Positions 46,509 through 57,122 of a stretch of DNA of 62,785 nt are shown piece after piece. The stretch is from a virus (taxonomy: Duplodnaviria > Caudoviricetes), in IMG/VR virus record IMGVR_UViG_3300031565_000023, positions 1 through 62,785 of that record; one strand, given 5' to 3'. A model generated the notes under the pieces. That model did no database searches and was not told where the DNA came from. It saw only the letters and a program-made list of their open reading frames with translations. Position 1 is the stretch's first letter. Every line of letters begins with the position of its first letter. The position numbers and the translations under genes are program-made.

Positions 46509-46968
46509 TATGGGTACACAAATATGTATATTATGCCCCTAAAATTATCAGAAATCTATAAGGCTATGATATATAAAGACAATCTCAAAAAAAAGATGGC
46601 CGATAAGAAGTATTATGTAAACTTTCTATGTATCATGTGCGAAACCATGAGTCAATGGTGGAGTGGTGGCCGCCCTGGCCTGGCGTGTGTGGCTGGCTGG
46701 CCCTCGGCTCTTGATCGTGTCAACTTGGGTGAGCTGGCCCTGTCGTTGGCTACGATCCTGGTGCTGATCCGGCTGGCTGGCGAGCAAAATCTTTTGAGCA
46801 TGGCCGTGTGGGGTGTGGAAATTAAAAGGGGTATCGAAGTGGGATATATGAGGACTAGGGATGGGGAGGATGCCCTCTTGACAAACAATAATATGGCCCA
46901 CTATTCTATTATTTCAAATTTTCACAACACGAGAAAAGCACTTTCGTTTTTTAACGATAGGAGGCAAC

Positions 46969-47205
46969 ATGAGAAGATGTAAAACTTGTGGGGGGCACTT
47001 GTGGATTATTTATTTTTTAATTGGCTTTCCCTTTCAGAAAAGGGTTAAGAGGTTTCGTGATGCCGAAGATTGCATAGATCTTCTTCCAAAAAACTGGCAA
47101 TCATTAAGGGTGAAACATCTTATTAAAAAACTTGAGGGAATGACTAACCTAAAATGGAGAAACGACACGAGGGCCAAGCGTAAGCAAAGGGCAGTTAAGG
47201 CATAA
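46969..47205 (+). CDS. Hypothetical protein
   Basis: AGGAGG RBS; CxxC. Confidence 0.5.
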   Translation: MRRCKTCGGHLWIIYFLIGFPFQKRVKRFRDAEDCIDLLPKNWQSLRVKHLIKKLEGMTNLKWRNDTRAKRKQRAVKA

Positions 47206-47285
47206 ATCGCTTTGTATAAAAACCCGTAAACTCTAAAAACCGCAGAAATCCCAAAAGTCAGAGTTTACACAAAAGGAGGTTAGGG

Positions 47286-47558
47286 ATGGTTTACTCGGAT
47301 GGCGTTCACCTAATTGGTGATAGCGTTGAAGAATTACATTCTTTTGCTCGTGGCATGGGATTAAAGAAAGAGTGGTTCCAAAGTTGCCCACGTCACCCCC
47401 ATTACGACCTAACGACAGATCTTGCTTTTTTTAGGGCCCTGTCATGTGGCGCTAAATTGGTAACAAAGAAACATTTAGTTGAAATTTTATTACGAAAAAG
47501 GAGGTTAAGCCATGAGCAAGAAGGGTGGAAAGTTAAGCAAAAAGGAGAGAGAGGTTGA
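47286..47558 (+). CDS. DUF4031-like protein
   Basis: HLIGDSVEELHSFA..MGLKKEWFQ....HPHYDL. Confidence 0.75.
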   Translation: MVYSDGVHLIGDSVEELHSFARGMGLKKEWFQSCPRHPHYDLTTDLAFFRALSCGAKLVTKKHLVEILLRKRRLSHEQEGWKVKQKGERG

Positions 47559-47811
47559 GCAACATTTTGCAAGGCTCCGAATGAAGCATCGAGATCAGGT
47601 AATGAAGATTGTAATGGAAAATTATTTTGACGATCAAAACGTAGTGTTCAGCCAGGGGAGGGCCATTTTAAAGGTTTGTCTTGATGCCATGGAGGGAAAG
47701 GCATGTAGCGAAGAAGCGCGCCAGAGGTTATGCATAGAGGAAGCGCTGCAAGTGGCCCTGGTGTTGTTGGACTTGAGCGCAATAGAAGTTATTGACGAGG
47801 AAGGAGGTTAA
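47512..47811 (+). CDS. Hypothetical protein
   Basis: AGGAGG RBS. Confidence 0.6.
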   Translation: MSKKGGKLSKKEREVEQHFARLRMKHRDQVMKIVMENYFDDQNVVFSQGRAILKVCLDAMEGKACSEEARQRLCIEEALQVALVLLDLSAIEVIDEEGG

Positions 47812-48334
47812 GTGAAGAATCCGGATTGCTATGAGAAGGTTTATGTGCGGGGCGGTTGTTGTGTGATGCACACCCACGCAGTTTTAGAGAGGGGGTTTGG
47901 GGATATTAGACAGAAATTTAAAAACACGAAGTATGGACTGGCTGCAATCTGCCATGTGTGCAGGAAGGTTTTTATAAGAAAAGGAGGTTAAGGTGGACTT
48001 ATTTGCATTTCGTGTTGATGTTGGAGGTTTTGAAACCTCTATTGTGGTGGCACAGAGTTGGGGAGAGGCCCTTGAGATAGCGGCGAACAGGGAGAAATCC
48101 TGCGAGGACGAAAAAGAATTTGTCAAGGTTGAGCTTATCGGGGAGGTAAGATTTTTTACAACAAGCATTTTAAAAGATTGGGCGGGGGGAAAGATACGAC
48201 ATGCGAGGGCCAACGGCTCGGCTGGCCCGAAAAGTGGCCCGGAAAAAAGTCCATAAGTTTTTCAAGAAGATCGGCAGAGACAACCTGGTGTCCAGGCTGA
48301 AGCTGGCCTGGCTGATTGTGAGGGGGAAAGAATA

Positions 48335-48553
48335 GTGGGCTATTTAAAAGATTTATATGGAGAGCGAGGGGAAGATTTTATTAGGGGTTTGAAGGCGGGG
48401 ATAGAAGCGTATGCGTGGTGGAAAGATGGAACGCAGTATGTAGGAACTGCGGGACGCACCCTAAAAGAAGCACTGGAAGAAGTTGATAAGGAGTTTGGGA
48501 ATGAGAATCAGAAAAAAGCCGAAGAAACTAACCCCGGAAGGGATCATTACTAA
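48335..48553 (+). CDS. Small conserved-type phage protein
   Basis: GIEAYAWWKDGTQYVGT.G.TLKEA pattern. Confidence 0.6.
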   Translation: MGYLKDLYGERGEDFIRGLKAGIEAYAWWKDGTQYVGTAGRTLKEALEEVDKEFGNENQKKAEETNPGRDHY

Positions 48554-48872
48554 AGCGATAAGAAATTTTCTAAAATTCTGCGGCGTGTTTCATTGGAAGG
48601 TGTTTCAGACGTTGGGCAGCACTCCGGGCGTGTCAGACGTAATCGCGATCAGGACCTATTCGCTCGATGAATTATGCGGGGAATGGAAAAGGAGGGGGCT
48701 AACAAAAGTCGGTGTTTTTGTGGCGATTGAGATCAAAGACAAGAATAAGAATCCAACGGAAGATCAAAAGAATTTTTTGTTTAACGTGGAACAGTCCGGC
48801 GGAATAGGAATTGTGGCAAGGAGTGTGGATGATGTCATTGATGCGCTCGGCTTTAGAAAAAAACTTGGATGA
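48501..48872 (+). CDS. VRR-NUC nuclease
   Basis: GVSDVI, AIEIK, TEDQKNFL, GGIGIVARSVDDV. Confidence 0.85.
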   Translation: MRIRKKPKKLTPEGIITKAIRNFLKFCGVFHWKVFQTLGSTPGVSDVIAIRTYSLDELCGEWKRRGLTKVGVFVAIEIKDKNKNPTEDQKNFLFNVEQSGGIGIVARSVDDVIDALGFRKKLG

Positions 48873-49399
48873 TCTTGGGCGGCGGGCAAAGGCACAGCTT
48901 AAATGCAAAACCCTGAATGCCCGGCTGTCCAAACGAGCTTGTGTTAAAAGGCAGTATTTCGCGCAGCGTTGGACAAGGGAGGGAAGGCAGAAGGCGTGGA
49001 ACCCCTGGACGTATTCGGAATGTAAGGATTGCGAGAAAGGGCGGAAGGTGGCCGGGAAATTAGGGCTGATTTTGTTTACAAGCAAGAAAAAACGGGCGAA
49101 ATGCCAGGTTAAATCGTGTAACAAGGAGATATTTTCCGGTAATCTGTGCGCAGATCACTACTTGAATTACATCAAGATTTAGGGGAGGTGAGAAAATCAT
49201 GGACGAAGAAACGATCTTAAAAATTGAAGCGATTGTAGCGTTAAGGAATATCCATCACAGTCTAATTAACATTGGCGATGGTTTTGCCTTTTCGGTTTGT
49301 CTTCCAAGTGCCTACAAATTTAGAAATGAACTTGCAATCGCTATCGAAAAACTCATCAAAGAAGTAAAAAAGGATTAACACTATGAAAGGAGGTTGAAA

Positions 49400-49972
49400 A
49401 TGGAAAGGGTGTTTTTGATAAGAAGTGAAGACAGCTTTTATGTGTGTCCTTCAGTCAACTCTACGGTTTCACTTGCGAGGAAGTTTTTAGAAATGGGAGA
49501 AGACGGAGGCGCAAAGCTCTGCATCGAAACCAGGAGCAAGGAATCATTCGATAGGTTTTTGAATGATACCTCCGCTGCTGATCTACCCAGTGAAAAGAGG
49601 AAATACAAAAAGAGAGAGGAAAAAGAGAGGGTAAAGAAAGTAAAGCCTGTTGCCACTAAACGAGGCCGAAAAAAGGGATTGATAACAACATCGGCAAAAA
49701 TCGTGGCTCTCTTGGGTAGAAAGGGTGAGCTTGCCAATGAGCAGCTACAGGGCTACCTGGGGATCACGGGAGAAGCGGTAAGGCAGCACTTGATAAGGCT
49801 GATCGCTCAAAACAAAGTGGAGATCTCCGGGGAAAACCCCCGAACATTTAAACTCACGAAAATGGTCACGTTTCAATGTGCCGCCAGGGGAAGAAAGATT
49901 GAGTCAGTAGACTGTGTGCCGAATAAGAATAGTCACGATTGTATGGCTTGCGATTATAAAGATGGAAACTAA
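49400..49972 (+). CDS. wHTH transcriptional regulator with a Cys-rich tail
   Basis: LQGYLGITGEAVRQHLIRL; AGGAGG RBS. Confidence 0.65.
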   Translation: MERVFLIRSEDSFYVCPSVNSTVSLARKFLEMGEDGGAKLCIETRSKESFDRFLNDTSAADLPSEKRKYKKREEKERVKKVKPVATKRGRKKGLITTSAKIVALLGRKGELANEQLQGYLGITGEAVRQHLIRLIAQNKVEISGENPRTFKLTKMVTFQCAARGRKIESVDCVPNKNSHDCMACDYKDGN

Positions 49973-50136
49973 TTCCCGGGAATGGGATTTTGTCCGTTGC
50001 CCCCACTGCGGATCTACGGACATTAAAAGAGAAGAAACCGCCTTTTGGTATAATTGCCTCAACTGCAAGAAAAGATTTTCTCGCGCTGAAATGCTAAATA
50101 AATCCTCTACCTATAAAAAAGAGTAAAAAAAAAGAG

Positions 50137-50191
50137 TTGACATCTCGTTTTTGATATGCTTGTCATGGGTTAAAGAGTGTGAAATTCACAC
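50137..50191 (+). promoter_or_regulatory. Putative late promoter with a GTGTGAAATTCACAC palindrome
   Basis: TTGACA at 50137, weak -10; palindrome at 50177-50191 before terS. Confidence 0.5.
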
Positions 50192-50210
50192 AATTTCAAC
50201 GTTGGGATAA

Positions 50211-50795
50211 ATGACAGGCGATTTAGAAGAAAAAAAGGGCAAAGGGTGTCCAACAAAATATCGAGAGGAATTTGTTGGCCTGGTAAGGGCGATCTGCGAA
50301 GAAACCCGCCCGACAGATAAGCAGCTCTGTAAAATCCTTGGCAAGTTCATACAGGAAAAGCCACTTTCACAAGAAACTTTTGCCACCTGGCGAAAAACCT
50401 ACCCCGATTTTAACGATGCGCTCATTACGGGTCGGGATGCCTTCAATAGCAGGAATATTGAAAAATCCCTTGTGAAAATTGCGAGGGGTTTTCATTTTAC
50501 CGAAGTAACGAAAGAACCATCGATATTAAGGTTACAAGGGAAAACACCCTTAATCGTCAGCCCAACCCTCCACGTTACAAAAAAAGTCCGAAAGTTTATT
50601 CCCCCCAATCAGAAGTCCATCGAATATTTCCTAGACAACAGAGCGCATCTACGCTGGAAGAGCCGGCAGATCCATGAGATTACCGGCAAAGACGGAAATC
50701 CACTTACCGTAACCCACGAAGCCAGGCTAAACGCAATCATGGATGAAGTGAGGGAAATTGAAAGCCAAGAAGCAAAAGAAGCAAGCGAAGCATAG
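50211..50795 (+). CDS. terS: Terminase small subunit
   Basis: G.PTKY..E, T...W...YPDF..A, PPN...I.Y.L.NR...W and EITGKDG.PL. Confidence 0.85.
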   Translation: MTGDLEEKKGKGCPTKYREEFVGLVRAICEETRPTDKQLCKILGKFIQEKPLSQETFATWRKTYPDFNDALITGRDAFNSRNIEKSLVKIARGFHFTEVTKEPSILRLQGKTPLIVSPTLHVTKKVRKFIPPNQKSIEYFLDNRAHLRWKSRQIHEITGKDGNPLTVTHEARLNAIMDEVREIESQEAKEASEA

Positions 50796-52431
50796 CGAAA
50801 CACCCGAAATGATCGAGCTGCGAAAGTGTACCGGCGTAGCCTATCACAACAGAATGAGGGGCTTCCTCTATTTCGTCAATAAATTTGTGTGGATTGAGGA
50901 TCGGAAATCCAAAAGAGCGATCCCCTTTAAGTTGTGGCCTGGTCAGATAGAAGCAGTACCACGGTTTTTTAAATCAAAATTCCTTATTATCCTCAAGGCA
51001 AGACAGCTCGGCCTCACCTGGCTGGTTGCCGCCTATGTGCTGTGGTGTGCAATCTTCAATTACCATGAGTTTATCGTTGTGATAAGTGCAAAAGAGGATC
51101 TCTCAATAGAATTCCTTGATCGGGTGAAATTTATATTTGATCGATTGCCCGGCTGGATGAAGCCGGTTGTTTTCAAGCGATCAACCATTGAATTGTCATT
51201 CGGGGTCGAAACGAAAGACGAAAAAGGGAATATAGTGCTTGAAGGATTAAACAGCGTTATCAAATCAATTCCGTCAACTCCCGATGCCGGGCAATCAAAA
51301 ACCATTACCCGCCTGATTCTCGATGAATCGGCACTTAACCGCTATTGTAAGGAAATATGGGGCGCTGCAAACCCCACTCTGGAACACGCCGGCGGTCAGG
51401 CCATCATAATTTCTAACCCCTCAAAAAACAGACCGGGCTGGTCGTGGACGCGAGATCTCTATACAAATGCCATGAAAGGATTGAATAGATTTTCCAGAAT
51501 ATTCCTTGATTGGCGTTGCGTTCCGGGCAGGGGCGTTGATTTTCTTGAGAAGAAAGCAAAAGAGGAAAACCTTGACGAAGAAGATATTTCCATGCAGTAC
51601 CCATCTGACGAAGCGGAAGCGGTCAGCACATTGGGCGGATCTTATTTTGGCAGATCGCTTGGTGGTTTCTCCGGGGAGAAAGGGGAAAACGGGTATTTTA
51701 AAGAGTATAACGGTGAAATTCAGTTTGTTAAGGATGATAGCGGTATAGTTGAGATTTGGAATCACCCCGACAACAGTATGCTTAACCGGTATGCAGTTGG
51801 ATCTGATGTGTCAGAGGGAATAGGGGAAACCTATTCGGTTGGCTATGTGTATGACCGGTTTGAAAATGTGCTTGTGGCGAGGATACGCTCAAACAAAATC
51901 GATGCTGATGTGTGGGCCGATAAACTGATTGAGCTGGCGAGGTACTATGGTGATGCCATGATAGGCGTTGAAAGGAATGGCGCGGGAATCACTACCGTTA
52001 TGCACCTGGCCGAAAAATACGACAACCTGTTTTACCGGAGAAGGCCGGGCAAGATGAAGGGGGCCTATGTTTTTGAATATGGCTGGCTGGAAACCAGGGA
52101 AAATAAACAGATCCTTGCAGACGAATTGAGAAGACATTATAGGCTGGTTTTTACAAAAGTGCCATGCCAAATCCTGATCGATGAATGCTCAACCTTCATC
52201 CGCCACGATAGCGGAAAGTTGGAACATGAAGATGGGAAAATGGATGATTGCGTTATCGCTGCCGGGGTAACGCTACAAGTCAGCATTATGATGAATACGG
52301 TAGTTGAAAAAGAAATGAAACCGGCAAAGAGCATGACGGAAAAAAGGATCGAGGCACTTGAAGCAACAAGCGAGGATGATTATGAACGCTTTATAAGCAC
52401 AGAGTACGCAAGAGTGATTCAAGATTTATAA
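50758..52431 (+). CDS. terL: Terminase large subunit
   Basis: LKARQLGLTW Walker A, LILDES Walker B, GSDVSEG, VERN and DDCVIA nuclease motifs. Confidence 0.93.
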   Translation: MKAKKQKKQAKHSETPEMIELRKCTGVAYHNRMRGFLYFVNKFVWIEDRKSKRAIPFKLWPGQIEAVPRFFKSKFLIILKARQLGLTWLVAAYVLWCAIFNYHEFIVVISAKEDLSIEFLDRVKFIFDRLPGWMKPVVFKRSTIELSFGVETKDEKGNIVLEGLNSVIKSIPSTPDAGQSKTITRLILDESALNRYCKEIWGAANPTLEHAGGQAIIISNPSKNRPGWSWTRDLYTNAMKGLNRFSRIFLDWRCVPGRGVDFLEKKAKEENLDEEDISMQYPSDEAEAVSTLGGSYFGRSLGGFSGEKGENGYFKEYNGEIQFVKDDSGIVEIWNHPDNSMLNRYAVGSDVSEGIGETYSVGYVYDRFENVLVARIRSNKIDADVWADKLIELARYYGDAMIGVERNGAGITTVMHLAEKYDNLFYRRRPGKMKGAYVFEYGWLETRENKQILADELRRHYRLVFTKVPCQILIDECSTFIRHDSGKLEHEDGKMDDCVIAAGVTLQVSIMMNTVVEKEMKPAKSMTEKRIEALEATSEDDYERFISTEYARVIQDL

Positions 52432-52454
52432 ACCCTAACAAAGCGAGGTGCGCT

Positions 52455-52655
52455 ATGACAAGAGAAGAAGTTGTAGAAAGAGTAAGAGTGAAAATCGGCG
52501 AAATTGGCAACAGGCCGGCCCCCCCTACCCTACCCCTTCACATAGAGGCGGTTGTCCACGTTTTCTGCGAATTGGGGGATATCCCCTTTTCAAACATCAA
52601 TACCGCAGATGGTGAAAGGCCGGATCAGCCAGAACCGCCACAAGTCGAGGCATAG
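52455..52655 (+). CDS. Hypothetical protein
   Basis: GAGGTG RBS. Confidence 0.55.
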   Translation: MTREEVVERVRVKIGEIGNRPAPPTLPLHIEAVVHVFCELGDIPFSNINTADGERPDQPEPPQVEA

Positions 52656-52667
52656 CGAGAGGTAAAA

Positions 52668-52892
52668 ATGGTTGAGACTGCAATAGTTGTTTTTGCTTTT
52701 TTGGTAACAGCGGCATCGTTCCTCCTGATCGGCTTTATTATGGGAAGGAAAACCTATGTTGCGCCCGCGATAGGGGGGAAAGAGGAAAAGATTAAAGTGT
52801 CAATCCCCTTTGTCGAGGACATCGGGGAAGATCCTTATGCCCTGGCATTAACGGAAGATGAAACAAAGCCAAAGATTGTTGGCTCACTATAG
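52668..52892 (+). CDS. Small membrane protein
   Basis: N-terminal TM helix; GAGGT RBS. Confidence 0.65.
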   Translation: MVETAIVVFAFLVTAASFLLIGFIMGRKTYVAPAIGGKEEKIKVSIPFVEDIGEDPYALALTEDETKPKIVGSL

Positions 52893-52899
52893 GTGATTT

Positions 52900-53448
52900 A
52901 TGGCGAAACCCGGGAGGAAGAAAAAACCGGGGAGAAGAAGGACAAAACCCCCGATTGTGCGAGCAAAGAGGCAGATACCGAAACTTTTTATGAAGTGCCG
53001 GATCTGTGAGGAAACGATTGCCTCGTTCAACCCGGAGGAAATTAAAAGGCCCTTAAAATCGGAAATGTTTAGCGGTATCGACCATACCTACGCAAAGCCC
53101 TTTTTTGATGGAGTTTTTTGGGTGGATTTTGTTTGCCCTTTCTGCACGAATCAGCCCTTTTGGGTTACTGAAGAGATTGCACAAGAATGGAGTGGGGAAA
53201 AGGGAAAGGGGGTCAACGAGATCCTCACCGATCAAGGGGTTTATCATGTAGATAGCCAAGAGATGTTTACCAGGCAAGGTGAGCTAACGAAAATAAGGGG
53301 CGGTTGGATATGCAAACAATGTGGTGCGGATTTCGAGAAGTCACAAAGCCTTTCGGCCCATTTGAGAGGTCACAAGAATAAGGAACCAAAACCCCAGGAG
53401 ATTGTAAATGAACAAGTGGGGCTACCCGGAGCTTTTGCCACCAGTTGA
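52900..53448 (+). CDS. Zn-finger protein (CxxC pairs plus C2H2)
   Basis: CKQCGADFEKSQSLSAHLRGH. Confidence 0.7.
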   Translation: MAKPGRKKKPGRRRTKPPIVRAKRQIPKLFMKCRICEETIASFNPEEIKRPLKSEMFSGIDHTYAKPFFDGVFWVDFVCPFCTNQPFWVTEEIAQEWSGEKGKGVNEILTDQGVYHVDSQEMFTRQGELTKIRGGWICKQCGADFEKSQSLSAHLRGHKNKEPKPQEIVNEQVGLPGAFATS

Positions 53449-55519
53449 TAATGCGGAAGTAGGCAGCAGGGTATTTGAGCTGCTTAACAAGATAATCACC
53501 GACAAGATTAATCTTGGCCTTCATAAAAAGTGGCTTAACCATTATCAGCTCGGCAGAAACAAACATTGGAAAAGAGAATCGACTACGGTTCCCCTTATAA
53601 CCGGGAATCTCCTGCAGGTCCACCGGCAAAGAACCGTCAATATGCTTACCGACAACAACCCGATTTTCAATGTTGTGCAGCTTGGCGGCAAGCCGGATGC
53701 TCCGATCTATGACAAGCTCCACCAGGCATCTAAATACTGGTGGATCGAGCAGGAACAGCAGGAGAGGTACGAAGAAAGCGTGCTGAATGGTGAAACCTAT
53801 GGTGTGTGTATCGAAAAAAGCATTTTCAATCCCGAATTGGAGTATAACCTGGGCGAAGTCGAAACCGTTATAGTCGACCCGTTCAGATTTGGGTTTTGGC
53901 CTTTAAAGTGCAAAGACATTCAGAAAGCGGAAGCGGTCTTCCATTACTATCCAATGGGTGTTGCGGAGGCAAAAAGAAGGTGGCCCAAATATAAAAACCT
54001 GATCCAGCCCGACAGCCAACTATTGGGCGAGATGGGAGAAGAAAGGCGAGAGCTGATAACCGGCAGCAACAAAGAAAGCATCACCGCCAGGATCGGGGGT
54101 ACGATAAAAACTCTTTTTACCGGCTCAACCGACAAAATGTATGATGCGGATGATACGCTCGTCTGCGAGTGCTGGTGTAAAGACTACACAAGACATCCCG
54201 AAACTAACGCATACATCTACACAGGAAAGATCAGGTGCGTTACCACTTGTAATGGCGGGAAACTTGTGCTTTCCGACAGATCAAACCCATCCATTAATCC
54301 AGCATACGATATTAAAAAAGCACAGAACACCTACCTCTACGACAAATATCCTTTTATCATGGTAGTGAGCGTTAAAGATACTTCAACCGCCTGGGGATCG
54401 AGTGATTTTGAGCAACTCGAACAGCTAAACCGGGAATTTAATAAAGCCATATCTCAACTGGTATTTTTGAAAGACAAGGCGGCCAGGCCAAAAATCGTCA
54501 ACCCAAAATCATCCGGCATCCCGAACAGCCATTTTACTAATATCCCAAGTGTGGTGAATCCCAAAAATCCAGTTGAGGCAGCAGCGCTCAGGTATATGGA
54601 TTTCCCCAGCTCACCGATTGATGTTGAAAAAGCAGCAGCACTCCTAAAGGAGATCTTCTTCCTGGTGTCCGGCACCTTCGATCTCGAACAGGCGCAAACC
54701 CCCGGCAGAGAGGTTATCGCTTATAAAGCTATCGCTGCCCTGCTTGAAAGAGCAGCAACAATGATGCGTGGAAAAATAAGGGGCTACTCAAGATTGCTTC
54801 GGGAACGGGGGAGAATGTATTTATCACATTTGCAGAACTGGTACACCGAGGATCGCTGGTTTTTTTATGAGGAAGCCGGGAAATCGAAAACCGACAAGAT
54901 AAATGCATCGGAAGTTAATTTTCCCGTAAAACTCACCGTTGTTAATGGCTCAATGCTTCCTGTTTCAAAAGTACAGCAGAGAGAAGAAGCCCTGGTCCTC
55001 TATGAGAAAGGCGCAATAGATCAGCAGGATCTCCTGGAAAAGCTGGATTGGTCAAACAGAAGCGACTTGCTTGAAAGGATGAAAGCCGGTCCCTTGGGTG
55101 ATCTGGTTATGAAACTTGAGGCTATGGGCGCGCCGGATGAAATTCTTGAAGTAATCAACATGATTGCCCCAATGGAAGAAGAAGATTTTGAAAAGGCGGT
55201 TGTGGGTGGAGACATACCCCCGGTTGATTGGCCTAATGTGCAGGACAAGGAATCAAGGGTTGCGGTTGAAAACGATTTGGCTATGGAAAAATTGAAAAAG
55301 GAAAGAGCTGACCGTCAGCTCGTTGAAGAAAAAATCACCACCGAAAGAGTTGAGCAAACGATTAAACAGGCCGGCGTTGAATTTGATAGAGAGAAATTAC
55401 GAATAGAAGAAAAAAAGGTTGATGCGGAAATAGTGGCAATTAAAAGAGAGCCTACCCAAACCGCAAAAGAAAAAAACGTAACGGAGAAAGGGCTGAAAAG
55501 CAATAATAAAAAAACATAA
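53408..55519 (+). CDS. Portal protein
   Basis: 703 aa after terL; VDPFRF and YPF motifs; coiled-coil C-terminus. Confidence 0.85.
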   Translation: MNKWGYPELLPPVDNAEVGSRVFELLNKIITDKINLGLHKKWLNHYQLGRNKHWKRESTTVPLITGNLLQVHRQRTVNMLTDNNPIFNVVQLGGKPDAPIYDKLHQASKYWWIEQEQQERYEESVLNGETYGVCIEKSIFNPELEYNLGEVETVIVDPFRFGFWPLKCKDIQKAEAVFHYYPMGVAEAKRRWPKYKNLIQPDSQLLGEMGEERRELITGSNKESITARIGGTIKTLFTGSTDKMYDADDTLVCECWCKDYTRHPETNAYIYTGKIRCVTTCNGGKLVLSDRSNPSINPAYDIKKAQNTYLYDKYPFIMVVSVKDTSTAWGSSDFEQLEQLNREFNKAISQLVFLKDKAARPKIVNPKSSGIPNSHFTNIPSVVNPKNPVEAAALRYMDFPSSPIDVEKAAALLKEIFFLVSGTFDLEQAQTPGREVIAYKAIAALLERAATMMRGKIRGYSRLLRERGRMYLSHLQNWYTEDRWFFYEEAGKSKTDKINASEVNFPVKLTVVNGSMLPVSKVQQREEALVLYEKGAIDQQDLLEKLDWSNRSDLLERMKAGPLGDLVMKLEAMGAPDEILEVINMIAPMEEEDFEKAVVGGDIPPVDWPNVQDKESRVAVENDLAMEKLKKERADRQLVEEKITTERVEQTIKQAGVEFDREKLRIEEKKVDAEIVAIKREPTQTAKEKNVTEKGLKSNNKKT

Positions 55520-55531
55520 TTGGGAAATTTT

Positions 55532-55834
55532 ATGAGCAACGATGACAGCAAAATAATTAAACTGTCTAATCCGGGGGATAAGAAGCCTGGTAAGGTGCTA
55601 GGCGAATGCCCTGCTTGCAAAAAAAAGATAAGACGTGGTGAGCCTATCGTGCTTACCCAGTATGTGATATCCACTCCCCAGGGAATCCAGCCGGCCATCC
55701 CGAAAGTAGCCTGTCTTAATTGTGGAATTGAATATTTTGCAAATGCAGAATTGGAACACTTAAAGAAAAAAATAGCAGAAGGCCAAAACAGGATTGTCCT
55801 TGCACAGCCGGGGATGGTTCCGAGAACTAACTAA
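55532..55834 (+). CDS. Zn-ribbon protein
   Basis: CPAC...CLNCG. Confidence 0.6.
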   Translation: MSNDDSKIIKLSNPGDKKPGKVLGECPACKKKIRRGEPIVLTQYVISTPQGIQPAIPKVACLNCGIEYFANAELEHLKKKIAEGQNRIVLAQPGMVPRTN

Positions 55835-55865
55835 ACTTTTCAATCTAACAAAAGGAGGAAGGAGA

Positions 55866-56783
55866 ATGAAGAAACTAAAAACAGTTGCAGCTCTAGTATT
55901 AGCCCTGGCCTTTGTGGTTGGTGTCGGATTTGCCGAAGAAAAAGTGCCCACCATTCACGGACCAGCCCCGTACCTGTCTGTTGTTAATGACCAGGATGGA
56001 TCTACTACGCCAGCCAGGGAAGTGCCGACTTTTAATGCACTAGAAGATATGCTTGAGATTGATCTTGTGGTGCTTGGCACAATGACAAACGGCTCAACCG
56101 AAACCACAAGCTACATGACAGATGATCCGGCAAGCTGGTTTGGCGGTGCTAACATGACATTAGGACCGAATCCGGTTGATAGTAATAGCACAACCGCAAA
56201 GATCGGCACAAATTCACTTTTGCTTCAGTTTTCTGCTTCTGCATCAGAAAGTTCCGGGGTGCAAAAAACACTTGTATCGGATGATTTAGAGGCGGATGAA
56301 TCGATCGGGTTTTGGTTTAGGACAGACACCGCACTTACCGCCGGGGATCTTTACCTTACGCTGTTAGATGATGCACCTGCGGAAAGAGCCTTTGATCTTC
56401 CAGCAGTTGCAGCCACAGCGATTAACACATGGATATGGACAGAACTTGACATAACTGCGCTGACCGGTGGAACAGGTGATGCAATTACAAAGGTGGCGAT
56501 CAGACTATCATCCGCAGGGGCATCAAGGCTTCCCGCATTTAACTGTTACATTGATGGAATGTGGAAATGGGATGCTGCCGATGAAGAAACATTATCACAC
56601 CCCATAAGAGATGGCGGAGTTTATACTGTTTTGACGATGGCCTACAGCGAGGCTACAAGCCGGGAAATGGTAAAACTAACGGAGAACACCGATTATTTTC
56701 CCCACTATCAAACAGGGAATGACGCTATCGTAATTATTACAGATCAATCGGCTGCTACCGGGATGGCCCTGGTTGCCTATTAG
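55866..56783 (+). CDS. Signal-peptide-bearing beta-sandwich protein in the head module
   Basis: MKKLKTVAALVLALAFVVGVGFA; GGAGG RBS; NTW.W...I and YID carbohydrate-binding-like strands. Confidence 0.65.
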   Translation: MKKLKTVAALVLALAFVVGVGFAEEKVPTIHGPAPYLSVVNDQDGSTTPAREVPTFNALEDMLEIDLVVLGTMTNGSTETTSYMTDDPASWFGGANMTLGPNPVDSNSTTAKIGTNSLLLQFSASASESSGVQKTLVSDDLEADESIGFWFRTDTALTAGDLYLTLLDDAPAERAFDLPAVAATAINTWIWTELDITALTGGTGDAITKVAIRLSSAGASRLPAFNCYIDGMWKWDAADEETLSHPIRDGGVYTVLTMAYSEATSREMVKLTENTDYFPHYQTGNDAIVIITDQSAATGMALVAY

Positions 56784-56792
56784 GGAGGGGTT

Positions 56793-57122
56793 ATGGCTTT
56801 AGTGGATATGAAAAGGCCGAAAGCGGAGATTGAAAAGATGGAGGTGCCGCAAGAAGTTGAACAGGACAAGTATCCCTATGGGCTGCGGATCACACTCGAA
56901 GATGCCGAGCTTGGCAAGTTGGGGATAAGCGTTAAGGAGTTGGATGTTGGCAACGAAATGAGCGTTAAGGCGATTGCCAAAATTACCAACCTTGAAGATA
57001 GGGATAGTAGTGGTAGGGGGCATCGGCAAAGTGCCAGCTTGCAGATAATCAAACTTGACATCCCGAAGCCCAATGGCAAAACCGCGAGGCACTTTGCTAA
57101 CCTAAATAGAGGGCCAGGTTAA
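56793..57122 (+). CDS. Small head-associated protein (capsid staple-like)
   Basis: LVDMK...YPYGLRITLE...L.KLG pattern. Confidence 0.65.
   Translation: MALVDMKRPKAEIEKMEVPQEVEQDKYPYGLRITLEDAELGKLGISVKELDVGNEMSVKAIAKITNLEDRDSSGRGHRQSASLQIIKLDIPKPNGKTARHFANLNRGPG

Noticed and set aside
46524-46982. 152-aa CDS
   Set aside because: No RBS and unnatural composition; crosses sharp composition boundaries
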